Shown here: piece after piece, positions 58,985 through 64,000 of the stretch | Position numbering within the stretch: position 1 is the first letter of the stretch | Layout: every line of letters starts with the position of its first letter | Assembly: GCA_051313645.2 (NCBI GenBank) | Contig: JBNRSN020000018.1 | Span: 98,518,001 to 98,582,000, forward strand | DNA length: 64,000 bases | Origin: Centroscyllium fabricii | Lineage: Eukaryota | Direction: 5' to 3' | The notes under the pieces: generated by a model | Seen by the model: only the letters and a program-made list of their open reading frames with translations | What the model was told of the DNA's origin: nothing | The model's database searches: none | Translations under genes and position numbers: made by a program

Positions 58985-59900
58985 GGTATTGACCGATAAA
59001 TTTAAAGAATATTTTATACCCAAGTAGAAAAGATACACTTATTACCAGGCTTCAAGCTCAGGTTTCATAGATTTGCGAAAAAAGGCCAAATCTTCGAGTA
59101 CAGATCCCTCACAGGATTTGTCAGACCCAGTTTACAGATAGCAGATCTACAGAAGGCAGTTAATTATTGCAGAGGAACAGAAGCCAGTAAAACCTGAAGT
59201 AATGAGTGGAGCAGAGATGTCATTGCATACAATGCAAAAGCAAAACCCAGATCTAGCTGGTCAACAACAAATCGTGGATTGTAAATACTGCGGTAAATCA
59301 CACGAGGGGCAAAATGTCCAGTAAATGGTCAAATGTGAATTTTTTTTAAACAAAATATTCTTTCTCAGTTTGCAAAGCCAAAACCAAAATCATCCTCGTC
59401 AGACAAGCAAAAAATGACAAAGAAAGTTCAGAGTGGAAGAGCACTGTTAGTGGGATTGGCTGAGATTCAGACAGGAGATGACATTGAATGGACAGTCAAC
59501 CGCAAGATAAACAGAGTTGTTCATTTTAAGCTAGACACAGGAACACAGTGTAATGTCATGCCGCAGTCATTTACATGAAGCTAAGCACTAGATTGAGAAA
59601 ACTTAATGCACACTTGGTGATATACTCTAGGCATGGCATCAAGCTGATCGAGAAATCTAGACTTGTGTGTGAATATAAAGACAAAAGTCTGGAATTCTAA
59701 ATTCTGCAACAGCCAGCCCTTGGATTTCAAATGTGCCAACAGTTAGGATTGATCAAATGAATTGACACGGTCACTAACAATAAACAGTGACAGAATGTGT
59801 GCTGATTTATTTTAGAGGCTGGGGCTGCGTAGCAAGGAGGTGGCGCATACGACTAAAGCCAGGCGCTCAACCCGTCAGATATGCACCAAAGAAGGTGACT
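58985..59900 (+). pseudogene. ancient Gypsy gag/protease relic
   Basis: CKYCGKSH knuckle (~59281), FKLDTGTQCNVMP protease (~59525), IRLKPGAQPVRYAPKKV. Confidence 0.7.
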
Positions 59901-59904
59901 TATT

Positions 59905-60420
59905 ACCCCCAGCACCCCTTCCCCTTCGCCCGGCACCTTCCCATGCAAGCGCAGGAGATGCAACACCTGCCCTTATACCTCCCCCCTTCCCACTGTCCAG
60001 GGCCCCAAACACCCCTTCCAGGTGAAGCAGTGATTTACTTGTACTTCTTGCAATCTAGTATACTGTATTTGCTGCTCACGATGTGGTCTCCTCTACATTG
60101 GGGAGACCAAACGCAGATTGGGTGACCGCTTTGCAGAACACCTCCGTTCAGTCCACAAGGGTGATCCTGAGCTTCCAGTCGCCTGTCACTTCAATTCTCC
60201 GCTTCACTCCCACTCTGATCTCTCTGTCCTTGGCCTCTTACATTGTTCCACTGAAACTCAGCGTAAGCTCCAGGAACAGCACCTCATCTTCCGATTAGGC
60301 ACTTTACAGCCGTCCGGACTCAATATCGAGTTCAACAATTTCAGATCATAACCCTTTACATTTTTACCTTTTTGTTACATTATCCACACATTTGTGTCGG
60401 CCCTCTCCCGCCCACCTCCC
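59905..60420 (+). mobile_element. Penelope-like element, GIY-YIG endonuclease fragment
   Basis: CKRRRCNTC...NLVYCICCSRCGLLYIGETKRRLGDRFAEH...HFN...GLN. Confidence 0.92.
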
Positions 60421-60517
60421 ACAGAAATACAGAAGATAGGAGTAGGAGTAGGCCATTCGGCCCTTCGAGCCTGCTCCGCCATTTTTGATGAGATCATGGC
60501 TGATCATCCAAACCCAG
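60421..60517 (-). mobile_element. 3' tail of a V-SINE, interrupted by element F
   Basis: Reverse complement matches 53021-53103. Confidence 0.8.
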
Positions 60518-63500
60518 TGACGTATCGTCAATAATCTAATAAAACTAAAGACGAGTAGTTACCTTAACTATAGGCTTTTATTAGCTTTACAATGGAGCTA
60601 CGCTCCGATCGAACATCAGGTACAGAATGAATGGGGGCCGGTCAGTCCCCACCTATAAGGCACTCACCTGAGGGGAGGAGTTAGAGGTGTGGCTGACCTG
60701 GCCCCACGACAGTGTCGCAACACAGGACAGTTGCATCATGCACCCGACCGCTACACATACAGATAATATTGGATACAATATTATGGTGGTAATTACTGTA
60801 TATACAACGGTTACCACATTCACCCCTTCTTTAAAAATCAAGTCCGGCGGGGTGAATGGACAGAGCAGTTCATGATTAGTTTTTCCGGCGGTCGCGTCTG
60901 TCTGGTGGACCGCCGGGTCTCTGTCGATTGTTCCGGTTCCTGTAGCACTGGCGACGTTGGGGCCGATGGTGGTGAAGGCGGCGCCGGTGTCGGTACTGTA
61001 GGTGCTGGTGGTGGCGGTGAGTCCGAGCCATCCGAGTCGTGGTTCTCGGCTGGCCATGGCTGGGGCTCCGGACCACGCGGTAGTGGCGGCCAGCCTCCGG
61101 TGGGTTGTGGGTCGTGTATCGGCCAGTGGTCGATATGTAGTGGCTGGAGGTGGCCGAAATATAGTGGCTGGGCGGGCTGCTGCCCGACCAGGGGCTCTGC
61201 TGTGGTGCTCCCGGCGGGTGCTAGGTCCTTGATGGAGACGGTGTCCTCGCGCCCGTCCGGGAACTGTATGTACGCGTACTGCGGGTTGGCGTGCAGCAGC
61301 TGCACCTTGTCTACCAGGGGGTCGGTCTTATGGCCGTGTGCTTCCTAAGCAAGACTGGCCCCGGCGTCATGAGCCACGGTGGAAGGGCTGTCCCCGAAGT
61401 CGACTTCCTGGGGAATGAAAAAATAAGGTAATGAGGTGTGGCGTTGGTGGCCGTACATAGCAGAGAGCGTATAGAGTGCAGCGCATCAGGGAGGACGGCC
61501 AGCCAATGGGACACTGGAAGGGCTCTGGACTTCAGGGCCAGGGTGACCGCCTTCCAGATGATCCCATTCTCCCTTTCTACCTGGCCGTTCCCCCGGGGGT
61601 TGTAACTGGTCGTTCTGCTCGAGGCAACCCCTTTCTGGAGCAGAAACTGGCGCAGTTCGTCGCTCATGAACGACGCCCCCCGGTCGCTATGGATGTAGCT
61701 GGGGAGACCGAAAATGGCGAACAGCGTGGTGAAGTGTTTGATCACCGTTGCGCTCATCATATCTGGGCAGGGGAAGGCGAAGGGGAAGCGGGAGAACTCG
61801 TCTACGACCGTGAGGAAGTACGAGTTGCGGTCGGTGGTGGGGAGGGGGCCTTTGAAGTCCACGCTTAGACGTTCAAAGGGGCGGGTGGCCTTAATGAGAT
61901 GCGCCGTGTCTGGCCTGAAAAATTGGGGTTTGCACACGGCGCAAACAGGGCACTCTCGGGTCATAGCCTTGATCTCCGTGATGGAGTAGGGGAGGCTACG
62001 GAATTTTACGAAGTGGGCAAGTCTGGTGACACCCGGGTGGCAGAGGCGATCGTGGAGATCCTTCAGCCGGTCTAGCTGGGCACTGGCGCACGTTCCCCTG
62101 GACAGTGCGTCCGGGGGTTCATTGAGTTTGCCTGGTCGGTAAAGAATGTCGTACTCGTAAGTCGAGAGCTCGATCTGCCACCGCAGGATCTTATCATTCT
62201 TGATTTTACCCTTTTGTTTATTGTTAAACATAAACGCGACCGACCGTTGGTCGGTGAGCAGGGTAAAACGCTTACCGGCCAGGTAATGACACCAGTAGCG
62301 CACGGCCTCCACGATGGCCTGGGCCTCCTTTTCCACTGCAGAGTGGCGAATTTCGGTTCCCTGTAAGGTGCGGGAGAAAAACGCTACGGGCCTGCCTGCC
62401 TGATTCAGGGTGGCGGCAAGGGCAAAGTCCGAAGCGTCACTGTCCACCTGGAAAGGGATGGACTCATCAACGGCGTGCATGGTCGCCTTGATGATATCTT
62501 CCTTGATCCGGGCGAACGCCGTGTGGGCTTCTGCCGAGAGGGGGAAGACGGCAGCCTTGAGGAGCGGTCTGGCCTTATCCGCGAACTGGGGAACCCATTG
62601 CGCGTAATAAGAGAAAAATCCCAGACATCTCTTCAGGGCTTTGGGGTTGTGAGGAAGGGGCAGTTCCTGTAAGGGGCGCATACGCTGTGGGTCGGGGCCG
62701 AGGACCCCGTTTTCCACCACGTATCCGAGGATGGCGAGCCGATCTGTACTAAAGACACACTTGTCTTTGTTGTATGTGAGATCTATCCGTTTCGCCGTGT
62801 CGAGAAATTTGGCCAGGTTGGCATCGTGGTCCTGCTGGTCATGGCCGCAGATAGTCACATTGTCCAGGTAGGGGAAGGTGGCCTGCAACCCGTTTTGGTC
62901 AACCATGCGGTCCATCTCCCGTTGGAACACTGACACTCCGTTGGTCACGCCGAAGGGGACCCGGAGGAAGTGGTAGAGCCGACCGTTCGCCTCGAAGGCG
63001 GTGTACGGGCGGTCGGCTTTCCGGATCGGGAGTTGGTGATATGCCGACTTAAGGTCGATTGTGGAGAACACCTTATATTGGGCGATCTGGTTAACCATTT
63101 CTGAGATGCGGGGAAGGGGGTAGGCGTCGAGCCCGGTGTAGCGGTTAATGTTCTGGCTATAATCGATAACCATCCGGTGTTTCTCGCCAGTCTTCACCAC
63201 TACAACCTGGGCCCACCAGGGGCTGGTGCTGGCTTCAATTATCCCCTCCTTTAGCATACGCCTGACCTCCGACCTGATAAACGTCCGAACCCCTGCACTG
63301 TAACGCCGACTCTTGGTAGCAATGGGCTTGCAGTTGGGGTCGAGGTTGGCGAACAGTGAGGGGGGGTCGACTTTCAGGGTGGAGAGGCCGCAGGCCGGGC
63401 TCCGCTTTGGGAAGGGATTGTCCCGGCTACTGACGGTGAGGGGGGGCAGGGTCCCGCCGAATTCCATTGTCAGGCTCTTAAGGTGGCACTGGAAATCCAG

Positions 63501-64000
63501 TTCGAGTAAGACTGGGGAGCACAACTGCTTCAGAATGTACAATTTAAAATTACGGTACACGCTGCCCTTAACTGTGAGCGTGACGGAGCAGTAGCCGGTG
63601 ACGTCCGCGGTGTGGGACTGTGAAGCAAGGGAGACCTGGTAGCGCGTGGGCCGGATCTGCAGTCCGTAGCGCTGCACTGTATCGGTGTGAATAAAGCTCT
63701 CTGTGCTTCCGGTGTCGAACAGGCAGTTCGTGACATGGCCGTTGACTATAAACCCCATCATGGAATTTGATAGGGTGTGCGGCCTAGCCTGATCGACTTT
63801 CGGGATGGCTGAGGCCGAAGTGTGTGAGTGTGTGTGTGAGCCCTCCGCTGGTCGGGGCCGTACAAAAGATGGCGGCGCCCGTGGTTCGCACATGGCCGGC
63901 CTCTGGGGACAAAATGGCGGCGCCGGAGAGTCGCACATGGCTGGTCGCTGAAGACAAGATGGCGGCGCCGGGGGGTCGCACATGGCGGGCCGCTGCGGAC
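60518..64000 (-). mobile_element. Gypsy element F (A subfamily); 5' part runs off the window
   Basis: 3' LTR 60518-60818 closely similar to the A LTRs. pol ORF 63983-61311, frameshifted into 61305-60838. Confidence 0.95.

Overview
Eukaryotic, almost certainly vertebrate DNA, and probably a cartilaginous fish (inferred from HE1/V-type and Deu-type SINEs, CR1, Tx1, Rex/Babar, Penelope and Harbinger relics). I cannot support any host protein-coding exon. The window is a dense, nested transposon cluster. It holds a sushi/Tf1-like chromovirus, two CsRn1-type Gypsy elements (one intact, with LTRs identical by eye), a Mag-type element, five internal-region copies plus a solo LTR of another Gypsy lineage, several other solo LTRs with target-site duplications (TSDs), and a decayed two-gene PIF/Harbinger transposon. 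The most interesting signal is in the multi-copy Gypsy lineage. It has no tRNA primer-binding site (PBS). Instead, the 13-14 nt at the PBS position are the reverse complement of the segment ending in the LTR's own AATAAAA, and this pairing co-varies across three divergent elements, together with a conserved U5-terminal hairpin. That suggests a tRNA-independent self-priming or poly(A)-occlusion structure different in geometry from Tf1/sushi self-priming, which is also visible in this window. Coordinates were counted by eye. Clade names come from motif recognition, not from database searches.
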